DNA of 63,823 nucleotides, filler included, from Choristocarpus tenellus KU-1152 (lineage: Eukaryota > Protista > Phaeophyceae): assembly GCA_964200185.2 (NCBI GenBank). It is 16 parts of 16 records of this genome, joined end to end, with 100 filler letters (N's around TTAATTAATTAA, not from the genome) between each part and the next. Parts side by side here need not be neighbours in the genome. Positions count along the whole stretch, not along the records: positions 60,256 to 63,823 come from CAXNAD020019207.1; 15 more parts are not named here. One strand, given 5' to 3'. This document shows, in pieces, positions 63,769 to 63,823 of the stretch. Numbering within the stretch: the stretch's first letter is position 1; every line of letters starts with the position of its first letter. The position numbers and the translations under genes were made by a program. Under the pieces are notes generated by a model that did no database searches, had not been told where the DNA came from, and saw only the letters and a list, made by a program, of their open reading frames with translations.

Positions 63769-63823
63769 GAGCCAAAGTATCTTAGAGGGTAGAGTCGCGT
63801 CCATTTGGGGATCAAAATACAAT
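63769..63823 (+). mobile_element. MITE family A left end (at window end)
   Basis: GAGCCAAAGTATCTTAGAGGGTAGAGTCGCGTCCATTTGGGG. Confidence 0.9.

Noticed and set aside
1-63823. Fanzor/TnpB, Cas, recombinase or giant-virus core genes
   Set aside because: No RuvC, zinc-ribbon, tyrosine-recombinase or NCLDV motifs were recognisable in any ORF. A degenerate copy cannot be excluded without HMM searches.

Overview
This is eukaryotic draft-genome sequence, not prokaryotic. It consists of 16 small contigs joined by 15 artificial 100-bp spacers (N44-TTAATTAATTAA-N44, stops in all six frames), so adjacency across spacers is meaningless. TTAGGG repeats, long GT-AG introns and the TE protein styles suggest a stramenopile, probably a brown alga (inference). 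Host genes are sparse: a 3'-truncated serine racemase (2 exons), two exons of an OSCA/TMEM63 channel, and exons of two unidentified genes. The rest is mostly decayed TEs: Copia, Gypsy, RTE-like LINEs, DD39D-type mariner, pogo-like and unclassified relics. The most striking items are four. (1) About 25 copies or fragments of three related MITE families share a G(A/G)NNNAAAGTA terminus and make mixed 3- and 4-bp target duplications. (2) These copies show a CpG->TpG/CpA decay signature, implying TE methylation. (3) An LTR retrotransposon 3' end carries a Tudor-like domain where a chromodomain would normally be. (4) Short interstitial telomeric repeats are scattered through the window. All family assignments are from motif recognition by eye; no database searches were run.
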